From contig CAZJPR010000003.1 in NCBI GenBank assembly GCA_964548265.1, positions 279-64,278 on the forward strand: a DNA stretch of 64,000 bases, in the 5' to 3' direction. The translations under genes were made by a program, and so were the position numbers. The notes under the pieces were generated by a model. That model saw nothing but the letters and a program-made list of their open reading frames with translations, was not told where the DNA came from and did not search any database. This document shows, in pieces, positions 36,717 through 45,750 of the stretch. The stretch's first letter is position 1. The number at the start of each line of letters is the position of its first letter. The DNA comes from an uncultured Candidatus Saccharibacteria bacterium. GTDB lineage: Bacteria > Patescibacteriota > Minisyncoccia > Phycocordibacterales > Phycocordibacteraceae.

Positions 36717-38180
36717 ATGCTCTTTGCGGGCAGCGTAGGATTTGCGCTTGGCATTCTCTTCTCAACGCTCGCTTCGCTTCCGCTTGCTGCTGCAGGATAC
36801 ATTGGCCTTCTTGGTCTTCTGTTCCTCTCCGCCGGAACAAAGCGTGTTGTCTATACCTTTATAGGTGTGGGTATGCTGTTCGCGGCTGTCGGGGTTGGCC
36901 GCACCGCACTCGTCCCAACATTCCCGGAAGCTCTGCTTCCGCTTCTCAACACAACGGTGACGCTCGAAGGAGAGGTGATTGCAGACCCCGATATCCGCGA
37001 GGAGAGCCAGAGAATCTCCCTACGCACGAATGACACCACCGTGCTTGCGATTGTTCCGCTGTATCCAGACGTGAACTACGGTGAGTGGGTGCGCGTTGAG
37101 GGGAAACTTGTACTCCCCAAACCGTTTGCTACTGATGGTGGCCGTGTCTTCCGCTACGATCATTTCCTCCAGAAAGATGGTGTCTTCGCTCTTGTAGAGC
37201 GGGCACATCTTGAAGTCACCGCACCTAGAGCCGGGACTCTCACACATGTTCGCGGATTCTTCTCGGATGTAAAAACAGGATTCCTCCACTCTCTTGCTGT
37301 TGCGCTTCCTGAGCCGGAGGCTGCGCTTGCTGGTGGGCTCGTGGCAGGAGGGAAGCAGGGGCTCGGTACCGGATTGCTTGATGCCTTTATTCGCTCGGGT
37401 CTTATACACATCGTAGTTTTGTCTGGGTACAACGTAATGATTGTTGCTGAGGCAGTGATGCGACTTCTCTCGGTGTTCCCACGAAGAGTTGCGGTAACAG
37501 CGGCGGCACTCACTATCGGCGCGTTTGTCCTTGCGGCTGGTGCAGGGGCGGCAAGCATTCGCGCAGGACTTATGGCAGGCATCGCCCTCTTTGCCCGAGC
37601 TACCTACAAAACCTACGACGCCGTACGCGCACTTCTCGTCGCGGGCGTACTCATGCTTCTCTGGAATCCGCTTCTCCTTGTGTACGATCCGGGATTCCAG
37701 CTCTCTTTTATCGCAACCTTGGGACTCATACTCGGCGCACCGTTGGTAGAGACAAAACTTACGTTTATTACAAACACGTTCCTGCGCGAAATTGCTGCTT
37801 CTACTGTCGCGGCCCAGATTGCGGTGCTGCCACTTCTGCTGTACCAAAACGGGCTCTTCTCCGTAGTCGCTCTTCCTGCAAACCTCCTGGTGCTGCCAGT
37901 AGTACCGCTTGCGATGGCTGCCTCAGCGCTTGCCGGGCTTGCTGGGTTCCTCATACCCGCAATCGCTCCCGTTATCGGGCTTCCGGCGTACGTGCTGCTT
38001 TCCTACATCGTGAAGGTGGTTGAGTTTTCTTCAGGCATTCCTCTCGCAGCTTTCTCGGTGCCCGCGTTCCCGTTTGCAGTCACCCTCCTCGCGTATGCGG
38101 GGCTTGGCTACTATCTATGGAAGAACCGGGGTCTTATCCGTGCGCCCTCTGGAGGCGTGAGTCTACTACGGTCCAGTTAA
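36717..38180 (+). CDS. comEC: ComEC/Rec2 DNA-uptake channel (membrane 'competence' domain only)
   Basis: DUF4131-like N-region and Competence domain (GLIHIVVLSGYNV); ATG at 36717 directly after rnhA stop. Confidence 0.75.
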   Translation: MLFAGSVGFALGILFSTLASLPLAAAGYIGLLGLLFLSAGTKRVVYTFIGVGMLFAAVGVGRTALVPTFPEALLPLLNTTVTLEGEVIADPDIREESQRISLRTNDTTVLAIVPLYPDVNYGEWVRVEGKLVLPKPFATDGGRVFRYDHFLQKDGVFALVERAHLEVTAPRAGTLTHVRGFFSDVKTGFLHSLAVALPEPEAALAGGLVAGGKQGLGTGLLDAFIRSGLIHIVVLSGYNVMIVAEAVMRLLSVFPRRVAVTAAALTIGAFVLAAGAGAASIRAGLMAGIALFARATYKTYDAVRALLVAGVLMLLWNPLLLVYDPGFQLSFIATLGLILGAPLVETKLTFITNTFLREIAASTVAAQIAVLPLLLYQNGLFSVVALPANLLVLPVVPLAMAASALAGLAGFLIPAIAPVIGLPAYVLLSYIVKVVEFSSGIPLAAFSVPAFPFAVTLLAYAGLGYYLWKNRGLIRAPSGGVSLLRSS

Positions 38181-38730
38181 CGTTCTCGAGAAATGCTTCA
38201 ACGTAGGTTTTCTTTTCTGCAGGAACGTAATCAACCATGAACGCATGTTCCCAGAGGTCGAGCGCAAGAAGAATAGGGAGGCCGGAGAACTGCCCGAGTT
38301 CATGATCATTCACGAACGCGGTGTGCAACATGCCAATAGTGGCGTCGTAGTAAACAACCACCCATCCAATCCCACGAGTACCGGCGACCTCCTGTATATG
38401 TGCGAGGAATTCATCCCAGCCACCATATTTCTCCGTGACTCGTTTGCGAAGATTGCCTTGTCCGTCTGACACCTGCGACCCACCTTCGAACTGTTCAAAG
38501 TAGTACTCGTGCATGCGCATGCCATCAAACTCAAAACCTAGGCGGCGGCGCAGCTCATTAATAGTAAACGCGTTTGCTGCTGCATCCTCGTCACGCAGTT
38601 TCTTAATCGTATCGAGGATGAGATTCGTGTGCTTCACGTAGCCTTGGTAGAGGGCGAGGTGTACCTCTAGCTGCTTCTTGGAAAGCCCCTTGAGTTCCGG
38701 AAGGTCAAACGTCCGTGCGGTGTAGGTCAT
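38134..38730 (-). CDS. sodA: Fe/Mn superoxide dismutase
   Basis: Metal-ligand His residues; DLWEHAF motif; overlaps the comEC 3' end. Confidence 0.85.
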   Translation of the reverse strand: MTYTARTFDLPELKGLSKKQLEVHLALYQGYVKHTNLILDTIKKLRDEDAAANAFTINELRRRLGFEFDGMRMHEYYFEQFEGGSQVSDGQGNLRKRVTEKYGGWDEFLAHIQEVAGTRGIGWVVVYYDATIGMLHTAFVNDHELGQFSGLPILLALDLWEHAFMVDYVPAEKKTYVEAFLENVNWTVVDSRLQRAHG

Positions 38731-38783
38731 AGGTGTTCAGTATAGCGCTTCTTGCCTGAGGGGTCTGTGAGTATCATGGGCGC

Positions 38784-39629
38784 ATGTCTCGCGCACAGAT
38801 TCTCTGGACGCTCGTTGGTGCACTTGTGTTTGTGAACCTCGTGTTCCTCCTTCTTCTTGTGCCGCGCCCACACGAGCTCCGGATCTCGTACCTCAATGTT
38901 GGGCAAGGGGATTCCATCCTCATACAGGGACCAACGGGAGTCGACCTGCTTGTGGACGGTGGACGAGACCGTTCGGTGCTTCGAGAGTTGCCGAAGGTTA
39001 TGGGCATTCTCGACCGCTCTATTGATGCAGTGGTTGCCACCCACCCGGACGCCGATCACATCTCAGGGCTCTCCGATGTGTTTGAACGCTACCGAGTGCG
39101 GTATTTCTTGGAGCCCGGAGTTGAAAACGACACCAGCGCAACACTCAGACTCAAGAACGCCGTCAGCCACGAGTCGGGGGTCGAAGCACTGCTTGCAAGA
39201 CGCGGACAACGACTCAATCTGGGGGACGGCGCCTACGCCGACATCCTCTACCCTGCAGGAGACGTATCGAAGCTCGAGACCAACACTGGTTCAGTCATCA
39301 TGCGGGTGGTCTACGGCGAAACTGAGTTCATGCTCACCGGGGATGCCCCTATTTCTATAGAGAATTGGCTGGTCTCACAGAAAGGAAATCTAAACAGCGA
39401 TGTGCTCAAGGCCGGGCATCACGGCTCAAGAACCTCGACCAGTGACCAGTTCCTTGCAGCGGTCGCCCCGTCACTCGTGATTATCTCAGCAGGGAAGGAC
39501 AACAGCTACGGACACCCACACCCAGAGGTGCTTGAGCGAGTGAGCGCGGTGAGTGCACGCACTCTCTCCACCATTGAGAGCGGCACTATTACGCTTATGA
39601 GTGACGGGGTGACCATCAAACAAAAGTAA
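38784..39629 (+). CDS. ComEC C-terminal metallo-beta-lactamase domain encoded as a separate gene
   Basis: N-terminal TM; MBL motif HPDADHISG; GHHGS. Confidence 0.7.
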   Translation: MSRAQILWTLVGALVFVNLVFLLLLVPRPHELRISYLNVGQGDSILIQGPTGVDLLVDGGRDRSVLRELPKVMGILDRSIDAVVATHPDADHISGLSDVFERYRVRYFLEPGVENDTSATLRLKNAVSHESGVEALLARRGQRLNLGDGAYADILYPAGDVSKLETNTGSVIMRVVYGETEFMLTGDAPISIENWLVSQKGNLNSDVLKAGHHGSRTSTSDQFLAAVAPSLVIISAGKDNSYGHPHPEVLERVSAVSARTLSTIESGTITLMSDGVTIKQK

Positions 39630-39652
39630 AAGCCCCTTGTGGGGGCTTGTGC
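39627..39652. terminator. Terminator-like hairpin between convergent genes
   Basis: AAAAGCCCC-ttgtg-GGGGCTT. Confidence 0.5.
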
Positions 39653-39897
39653 TACTTAACGACTTTTGCCTTCTTGAGAGTGGCGTAGGCTCCGTTCTTC
39701 TTGATGTGGCGGAGGCCTTTGGTCGAAATATCGACGAGAACCGATTTTCCGAGCTCAGGGACGTAGATACGCCTCTTCTGGAGGTTCGCGCGGCGGCGAG
39801 TCTTTCCAACCGGGTTGTACTGGGTTGCACGGGTACGGTTAGAGTACCTTCCGCCTACCTGCGTGCTCTTTCCAGTGATTTCACATTCGCGTGCCAT
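39652..39897 (-). CDS. rpmB: 50S ribosomal protein L28
   Basis: MARECEITGK... typical L28 N-terminus. Confidence 0.85.
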   Translation of the reverse strand: MARECEITGKSTQVGGRYSNRTRATQYNPVGKTRRRANLQKRRIYVPELGKSVLVDISTKGLRHIKKNGAYATLKKAKVVK

Positions 39898-39930
39898 AGT
39901 CGCCGCATGCTAGCATAGCGGAAGCGTTTT

Positions 39931-40560
39931 ATGCAAACCGACCTCGAAACGAGCATTTTCACCATCCTGGTGCTCATTTTCTCCATCATCATCCACGAGG
40001 TGGCACACGGCTACGCTGCCTATGCTCTTGGGGACCCCACCGCCAAGCTTTCGGGGAGGCTGACGATGAATCCGCTGCCGCACTTGGACCCCATTGGCTC
40101 GGTTTTTCTCCCTGCGCTCCTCGTACTCACCAACGCCGGCTTTCTCTTCGGCTGGGCAAAGCCTGTCCCCTACAATCCGTACAATCTGCGCAATCAGCGG
40201 TGGGGTGAGGCCTTCGTGGGCATCGCTGGAGTAGCAACCAACCTTCTGCTCGCAGTCCTCTTCGCGATTGTATTTCGCGTTGCCGACAGTGCAGGACTCG
40301 ACCTCTTCGCGGCGCTTGCCGCCATCGTCGTGTTCGTGAATCTTTTCCTTGGACTCTTCAACCTCATTCCATTTCCTCCACTCGACGGCTTCACTGTGCT
40401 CCGGAGCATCCTCCCGAGCCGCTATGCAGTGCCAGTGCGCAACTTCGAGAGCCGGATGGGCATCTTCTCCCTCCTTCTGTTCCTTATGTTTTTCTCCTAT
40501 TTCCTCTCTGCACCCTTCTTCCAGTTCGTTATGTGGGTATTCGGCCTGCTGGTGGGGTAG
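39931..40560 (+). CDS. Site-2-protease-family (M50) zinc metalloprotease
   Basis: HEVAHG HExxH motif in a TM helix; NLIPFPPLDG second motif. Confidence 0.8.
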   Translation: MQTDLETSIFTILVLIFSIIIHEVAHGYAAYALGDPTAKLSGRLTMNPLPHLDPIGSVFLPALLVLTNAGFLFGWAKPVPYNPYNLRNQRWGEAFVGIAGVATNLLLAVLFAIVFRVADSAGLDLFAALAAIVVFVNLFLGLFNLIPFPPLDGFTVLRSILPSRYAVPVRNFESRMGIFSLLLFLMFFSYFLSAPFFQFVMWVFGLLVG

Positions 40561-40596
40561 GGAGGTATACTTTTGAGGTACCCCTAACCTTCCTCT

Positions 40597-40986
40597 ATGG
40601 AACTTACAATTCTGCTTTCTAAGATTCTCGGCGCATATATGTTGATTGCCGGTATCGCCGTGCTGATGAACCGCCGCCACCTCATGGCGGGCATCGTTGC
40701 GATGGCCAAGGAACGTTTTGCGCAGATTATGGCCGGCGTTATCGCCCTCTTGTTCGGCCTTGTACTGGTGAACATCCACAACGACTGGTCAACTCTTCCG
40801 GCTTCGATTATCTCCCTCATAGGGTGGGCAGCACTTCTCAAGGGTCTCTTCTATCTCTTCATGCCAGAGAAGGGTCTTACCAAGCTGATGCACGCTCTCA
40901 CTGAGCGCTCTTGGTACCTTATCGACGGCATCGTTATCTTAGTTGCCGGTCTCTACCTCGCAGGCTTCGGCTACGGCTGGTTCTAG
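40597..40986 (+). CDS. Small membrane protein, unknown function
   Basis: 129 aa, about 4 TM helices. Confidence 0.45.
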   Translation: MELTILLSKILGAYMLIAGIAVLMNRRHLMAGIVAMAKERFAQIMAGVIALLFGLVLVNIHNDWSTLPASIISLIGWAALLKGLFYLFMPEKGLTKLMHALTERSWYLIDGIVILVAGLYLAGFGYGWF

Positions 40987-41037
40987 ATTCACAGGGTGCG
41001 CCAGAAATCAGGCGCAAAGACGCTATACTATAGGAAC

Positions 41038-42027
41038 ATGCAGCTCTTTCGCGTTTCGCTCATGCTCCTCGTGCTCGGCCTGTTCCCGCTCTCGGCGGGC
41101 GCTCAGGCCCTGCTCCCAAGCAGTGACGCCATTACATTCATCGTCACACCCACCTACCCTCGGCCGTACGACACCATCATCATTTCTCCGAGAAGTACGC
41201 TGCTCAACCTTTCTGAGTGCATTGTTACTATCTCGGTGAACGGGACAATCGTGCAGGAAGGAACGGGCACGAGGTCGGCTGAAGCGACCATGGCAGGTCC
41301 GGGCTCCGCCACCGTGATTACCGTCTCCGCACAAGACCCAACAGGGGCGGTGTACCAAAAGGAACTCACGCTTCGCGCGGCAGATGTGTCCCTCGTCATG
41401 GAACCTATCTCAAGTTCCCATCCTTTCTATGAAGGATCGCCGCTCGTTGCTCCAGAGGGCCGTGTTCGCATCGTTGCACTTCCAGATTTCAGAGGTGCCG
41501 ACGGCGCAGTCATCCCACCACAAACCTTAGTGTACTCCTGGAAGAACGGCGAGAAGCAACTGACTGACCAGTCAGGGATTGGTCGCTCTGTTCTCGACGG
41601 CATCGCCCCGCTGCGCTACCGAAACGCAAACATTTCTGTGACAGTGACGAGCCAGGACCGATTGTTTGCGGGATCCGCAAGCGTTCTCGTCGCACCTGTT
41701 GAGCCTTCCGTGTACGTCTATCGCACCTACCCGCTTCTCGGCACTTGGCTTGAGCGGGCAGTCGGCTCGACCGCAACGTTAACCAACACTGAGGACAGCT
41801 ACCGGGCAGTCGGCTACAACTTCCGCCGCGTTCCGTCTTTCGCGTGGACTGTGAATGGGGCAGCGAACGAGACGGACGATGACATCACTGTGCGCATTAC
41901 AACGCCCGGCAGTGGCACCGCACAGATCGGCGTCACGGCAGAGGCAGAAGGTCTCTTCCAGCTCGCTAAGAAGACCTTCGCGCTTAAGTTTTCCTCCGGC
42001 AATTCCGTCGGCATATTCGGCCTATGA
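41038..42027 (+). CDS. Secreted hypothetical protein
   Basis: ATG at 41038 gives signal peptide MQLFRVSLMLLVLGLFPLSAGAQA; translationally coupled to the next gene. Confidence 0.5.
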   Translation: MQLFRVSLMLLVLGLFPLSAGAQALLPSSDAITFIVTPTYPRPYDTIIISPRSTLLNLSECIVTISVNGTIVQEGTGTRSAEATMAGPGSATVITVSAQDPTGAVYQKELTLRAADVSLVMEPISSSHPFYEGSPLVAPEGRVRIVALPDFRGADGAVIPPQTLVYSWKNGEKQLTDQSGIGRSVLDGIAPLRYRNANISVTVTSQDRLFAGSASVLVAPVEPSVYVYRTYPLLGTWLERAVGSTATLTNTEDSYRAVGYNFRRVPSFAWTVNGAANETDDDITVRITTPGSGTAQIGVTAEAEGLFQLAKKTFALKFSSGNSVGIFGL

Positions 42028-43175
42028 CACACCAACTCTTCCATCGCGCTTCGGGAATACTAGTGGGCATCGTGCTTGCTGCACAGATTGTTGGGCTCTT
42101 TGCGTTCCCGGCAGTTGCCTTTGCCGTTCAGTGTGATGGTTCAGAAGGTCCCCAATGTCTTACCAAGTGTTGCCCAGATTCGAGCGGAACGCTCCAATGC
42201 TCAGGTCTTCCCGTAAACGGCGACTGTCCTGCGGTGGCAACGACCGCAGACGATACCCCTGCAGACGATACCCCGGCAGCAGATGCTGAAGCAGAGGCAG
42301 CAGATGCCTCCACACAGGAGAGTGCTGGGTTTATTCCTTTGACGGATCTCCCGGGGCTTCGCGATGTCGCTAACTCCTCCAGCATTCCTGTATTCCTCAA
42401 CAACATTTACAAGCTCTGCATCGGCGCGGCAGCAGTGCTTGCGGTACTTCAGATTATGCGCGGCGGCATCACCTACATGCTCGGCGATAGCATCACTGAG
42501 AAAAAGGAGGCTCGCACCCTGATTCTGATGTCCGTTGTGGGTCTGCTCCTCGTGCTCTCCCCGGTAATTGTTTTCGGATTGATTGATCCAAGAATTCTTA
42601 ATCTTCAGTTAAATTTTGGAAACCTTGCCCCTGCGGAGCGGCCTGGCGTGGTGTCGGGTAACACCATAGATGTCTGTTCCCGCTTTGCTGACGACCCTGA
42701 CACTATGGTAGCGGTAACTGAGTTTGAGGACGGAAGCCTCCCGGGAAATGCCTCGACGTGGAATTACGGTCCTTCGAGCGATGCGTGTGTTTCCACCTGC
42801 TCTACCAAGACGCGCAGTGGCTCAGATTCAAGGCACTGCAGCACGGAGCGAGATCCGGAAAACCGAAACAATCTTATGTACTGTGACTGCCGCCCGTATG
42901 AGGTTTCCCGAACACAACACACCCTCAGGTCGGTTACGATTACAACGGGTGGTGAGCAGTACACACTCTCCGCGGTGCGATCGGTTTTCTTTGCCAACTT
43001 GGGACAATGTGAGGCCCTGACGGCAGGAACTGTACGAAATTATGTGGGAGGCGGGACCTTAGAGTGTCCTTCAGGGGCTGCAAACTATGCGGCGTGCGAT
43101 GCCGCCGTTCTTGCAGCGGTGAGCGGCGGGACGCTCACGGTAGATGAGGTTGAGTGCGCGCCGGCCGAAGTATAA
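42024..43175 (+). CDS. T4SS-pilin-like (TrbC/VirB2-like, CPR 'type IV secretion system pilin' family) protein with Cys-rich N-linker and ~190-aa Cys-rich C-terminal extension
   Basis: Signal peptide; core IPLTDLPGL...IYKLCIGAAAVLAVLQIMRGGITYMLGDSITEKKEARTLILMSVVGLLLVLSPVIVFGLI (two-helix pilin hairpin with GG-I-YM and KK motif); at least 20 Cys outside the core. Confidence 0.55.
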   Translation: MTHQLFHRASGILVGIVLAAQIVGLFAFPAVAFAVQCDGSEGPQCLTKCCPDSSGTLQCSGLPVNGDCPAVATTADDTPADDTPAADAEAEAADASTQESAGFIPLTDLPGLRDVANSSSIPVFLNNIYKLCIGAAAVLAVLQIMRGGITYMLGDSITEKKEARTLILMSVVGLLLVLSPVIVFGLIDPRILNLQLNFGNLAPAERPGVVSGNTIDVCSRFADDPDTMVAVTEFEDGSLPGNASTWNYGPSSDACVSTCSTKTRSGSDSRHCSTERDPENRNNLMYCDCRPYEVSRTQHTLRSVTITTGGEQYTLSAVRSVFFANLGQCEALTAGTVRNYVGGGTLECPSGAANYAACDAAVLAAVSGGTLTVDEVECAPAEV

Positions 43176-43177
43176 GT

Positions 43178-44422
43178 ATGGATATCCTACGGAAAAGACT
43201 CCCCATCATCATCGGCAGTGTCGTTGCCGTGAGTATCATCTTGGTGGCTATCTACTTTGTTTTCTTCAACACAACGCCGCCAGACGGAGCCGTTGATGGC
43301 GACCCATTTGGAGGCGCTGGGTCCGGCGACACGTTTGGGAGTGGTACTCCGAGCGTGCTTGATGGCGGCATTGAGTTCTCTGGTGACGCTGGAGTTGAGG
43401 TTGCGCCCCGCCTCGTGCGCATCACAAACGCTCCGGTTGCCTATGGTGTTGCGGCACTCTACATCCCTGAAGTGCCCGCCATCACCAACACAGACGGCGT
43501 GATCGTCCCCGCCATCCCTCCGGACATCGAAGTGCGCTTTGTTGAGCGGCAGAGCGGCAATCTCTACGCCTACCGTGTGCACGCACGCACCCTTACGCGC
43601 ATTTCAAACCAAACTATTCCTGGTGTGCGCGAGGCGCTCTGGCTTTCTGATGGGTCCCAGGCATATCTTCGCTTCCTGTCGGAGGATGTTGGCACTCACA
43701 TGGAAACCTACGCACTCCCCGCAGAAGGCGATGGAGGATTCTTCCTCGAGCAGGACCTGATAGACGTGGCGGCAACAAGCACCAACGGGCTTCTTACCCT
43801 TCAATCTGATACGAATGGCGCTATCGCCACCCTTGCGAAGGCAGATGGCTCGGTCCCTAAAACCGCCTTTACCACGGAACTCTCTTCCATTGTGGCTTCC
43901 TTCTTCGGAAAGGGATACTTGGTTTCAACTAAGCCGTCAGCGGGTCTTGCCGGCTACTCATTCTCAGTCTCAAGTACCGGCACGTGGAACCGTGTCTTGG
44001 GGCCACTCTCAGGGCTCGCCGCTATCGGCAATTCAACTGGCGCAGAACTACTGTACTCCTACACAAGCAACGGGGGACTGCGCACCGCCCTTATGGATAT
44101 GGCAACACGTACGCCGGTGCCGTTGCCAATCACCACACTGGCTGAGAAATGTTCGTTCTCGGGCGATGGAGCGAGTGTCTACTGCGCGGTACCGAAAATA
44201 CTTGGCGGCACACTCCCTGATGACTGGTACCACGGTATCGCCTCGTTCAATGACCGCCTCTGGCAGGTGAGTGTTTCCGACCGTTCAGCTATCCTTATTC
44301 TTGACCCTAGTGAAATCGCGCGGGTAGACATCGACGCAGTTTCGCTCACTCCTGACCCCACCAACGATGTTCTTGTGTTTACCAACAAGAAAGACGGTTC
44401 CCTCTGGGTGTACGACCTTTAG
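43178..44422 (+). CDS. Membrane-anchored (N-terminal TM) extracytoplasmic protein, unknown function
   Basis: ATG at 43178 (MDILRKRLPIIIGSVVAVSIILVAIYFVFF); overlaps upstream stop. Confidence 0.5.
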   Translation: MDILRKRLPIIIGSVVAVSIILVAIYFVFFNTTPPDGAVDGDPFGGAGSGDTFGSGTPSVLDGGIEFSGDAGVEVAPRLVRITNAPVAYGVAALYIPEVPAITNTDGVIVPAIPPDIEVRFVERQSGNLYAYRVHARTLTRISNQTIPGVREALWLSDGSQAYLRFLSEDVGTHMETYALPAEGDGGFFLEQDLIDVAATSTNGLLTLQSDTNGAIATLAKADGSVPKTAFTTELSSIVASFFGKGYLVSTKPSAGLAGYSFSVSSTGTWNRVLGPLSGLAAIGNSTGAELLYSYTSNGGLRTALMDMATRTPVPLPITTLAEKCSFSGDGASVYCAVPKILGGTLPDDWYHGIASFNDRLWQVSVSDRSAILILDPSEIARVDIDAVSLTPDPTNDVLVFTNKKDGSLWVYDL

Positions 44423-45168
44423 TCTGCGGCTTCTTGTACAGCGAGCGGTGCGTTGCGTAACTTACGAGCGATAAATATCTCCTGGAGGAAGGTGAATGTG
44501 TTGCTGGTTATAAAGTAGAGGGCGATAGCGCCTGAAGAGAAGGCAACGAGGCCTATGATGAGCGGGAGTGCGAAGCGAGCCTGGAGCGCCATTGCGCGAC
44601 CGAATTCCTCCTGCATAGACGCAGGAGCTGACGAAGTGTTCTTGGGCGGCACGGGAATGGCGACCATCGCGTGCGCAAACTGAGTTGCGGCTGCAAGGAT
44701 GGCAAGTATGAGACTTGCGCCGACGATAGGGAAGATGCCAAGGAAGAGGACGGACACGGCCTCTGGTACGGGAACGTAGGAGTAGAGAAGGGCGACATCA
44801 ACCTGCGCAAGGGATTCCTTCTGGAACACGAGGTAGAGGGAGATGAGTACTGGAATCTGGATGAGCAGCGCGAGGAAGCTCGCAAACGGCTTCACGTTGT
44901 ATTTCTTGTAGAGCGCGAACATTTCTTTCGCCTGGCGCTCTTTGTCGTCCTCGTACTGCTCCTTGAGTTTCTTCAATTCCGGCTCCATGGCCTTCATGGC
45001 CTTCTGCGTCTTGATGGCCGCAACCGTGAAGGGGAGCGTGATGATTTTCACGATGAGCGTGACCACCACCACGGCAAGGCCTCCATCGCCGTTCGGCAGC
45101 ACCCCCGTCAACCAAATGAGGAGGTTGTAGATGGGGATATAGAGCCACTCGTGGAAGAACTCAATCAT
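44419..45168 (-). CDS. yidC: Membrane protein insertase YidC (short form)
   Basis: 60-kDa inner-membrane-protein fold, 5 TM helices; rnpA-yidC synteny. Confidence 0.85.
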   Translation of the reverse strand: MIEFFHEWLYIPIYNLLIWLTGVLPNGDGGLAVVVVTLIVKIITLPFTVAAIKTQKAMKAMEPELKKLKEQYEDDKERQAKEMFALYKKYNVKPFASFLALLIQIPVLISLYLVFQKESLAQVDVALLYSYVPVPEAVSVLFLGIFPIVGASLILAILAAATQFAHAMVAIPVPPKNTSSAPASMQEEFGRAMALQARFALPLIIGLVAFSSGAIALYFITSNTFTFLQEIFIARKLRNAPLAVQEAAD

Positions 45169-45177
45169 AGAGGCATA

Positions 45178-45498
45178 CTACGCGCGAAGTGTCTTGGTGA
45201 GAAGGGCTGACAGCTCAGAGGCAAGCTCCTTATAAGGAAGGAGTGGGGCGCCAGAGCGGGCATAGGCGACCAGGGAGTGGTCGGCACTACACCACGGGCG
45301 CATGACGGCGAGCATCCGGCGCTTAAGTAGGTGGCGGGCAACCGAGAGGCGGGCGACCTTTTTGGAGACCACGACCGCGCAGCCTCCGTGTCCAGGGGCT
45401 GCTGGCCCTGCAGTAAGGGAGAAATGGGTGCTTGCGGCCCTAGAGCCCGAGGCTACAGGGAACGTCCGCCGGGTAAGACGCAGGCGGCGCGGCAGCAT
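45178..45498 (-). CDS. rnpA: Ribonuclease P protein component
   Basis: LPRRLRL..F N-terminus, basic RNR-like motif; rpmH-rnpA synteny. Confidence 0.75.
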   Translation of the reverse strand: MLPRRLRLTRRTFPVASGSRAASTHFSLTAGPAAPGHGGCAVVVSKKVARLSVARHLLKRRMLAVMRPWCSADHSLVAYARSGAPLLPYKELASELSALLTKTLRA

Positions 45499-45499
45499 G

Positions 45500-45643
45500 C
45501 TACTTAGAGGTCGAGAGGGAAGCGCGGCCCTTGCGGCGGCGGCGGGCTACGACGCGCTTTCCGCCTGGTGTTGCGGCCCTGGCGCGGAATCCGTGGGTCT
45601 TTGCGCGCTTCCTTTTCTTCGGCTGGTACGTTCGTTTAGGCAT
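45500..45643 (-). CDS. rpmH: 50S ribosomal protein L34
   Basis: [43 protein letters not shown] (47 aa). Confidence 0.9.
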   Translation of the reverse strand: MPKRTYQPKKRKRAKTHGFRARAATPGGKRVVARRRRKGRASLSTSK

Positions 45644-45750
45644 GTTCGTGTGTTGTAGTGATGTCCACAGGATACTAACAGTTTCCCCAGCCGCCTGCAA
45701 CAAAAGGGGAGGCTTCACGAGACGACGTTCACGCGTATACTGTGCCAACG

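Noticed and set aside
39910-40779. 289-aa minus-strand ORF rich in His/Glu/Arg
   Set aside because: Overlaps the M50 metalloprotease gene (HEVAHG, NLIPFPPLDG), which is clearly real; this is an antisense artefact of GC-rich sequence.
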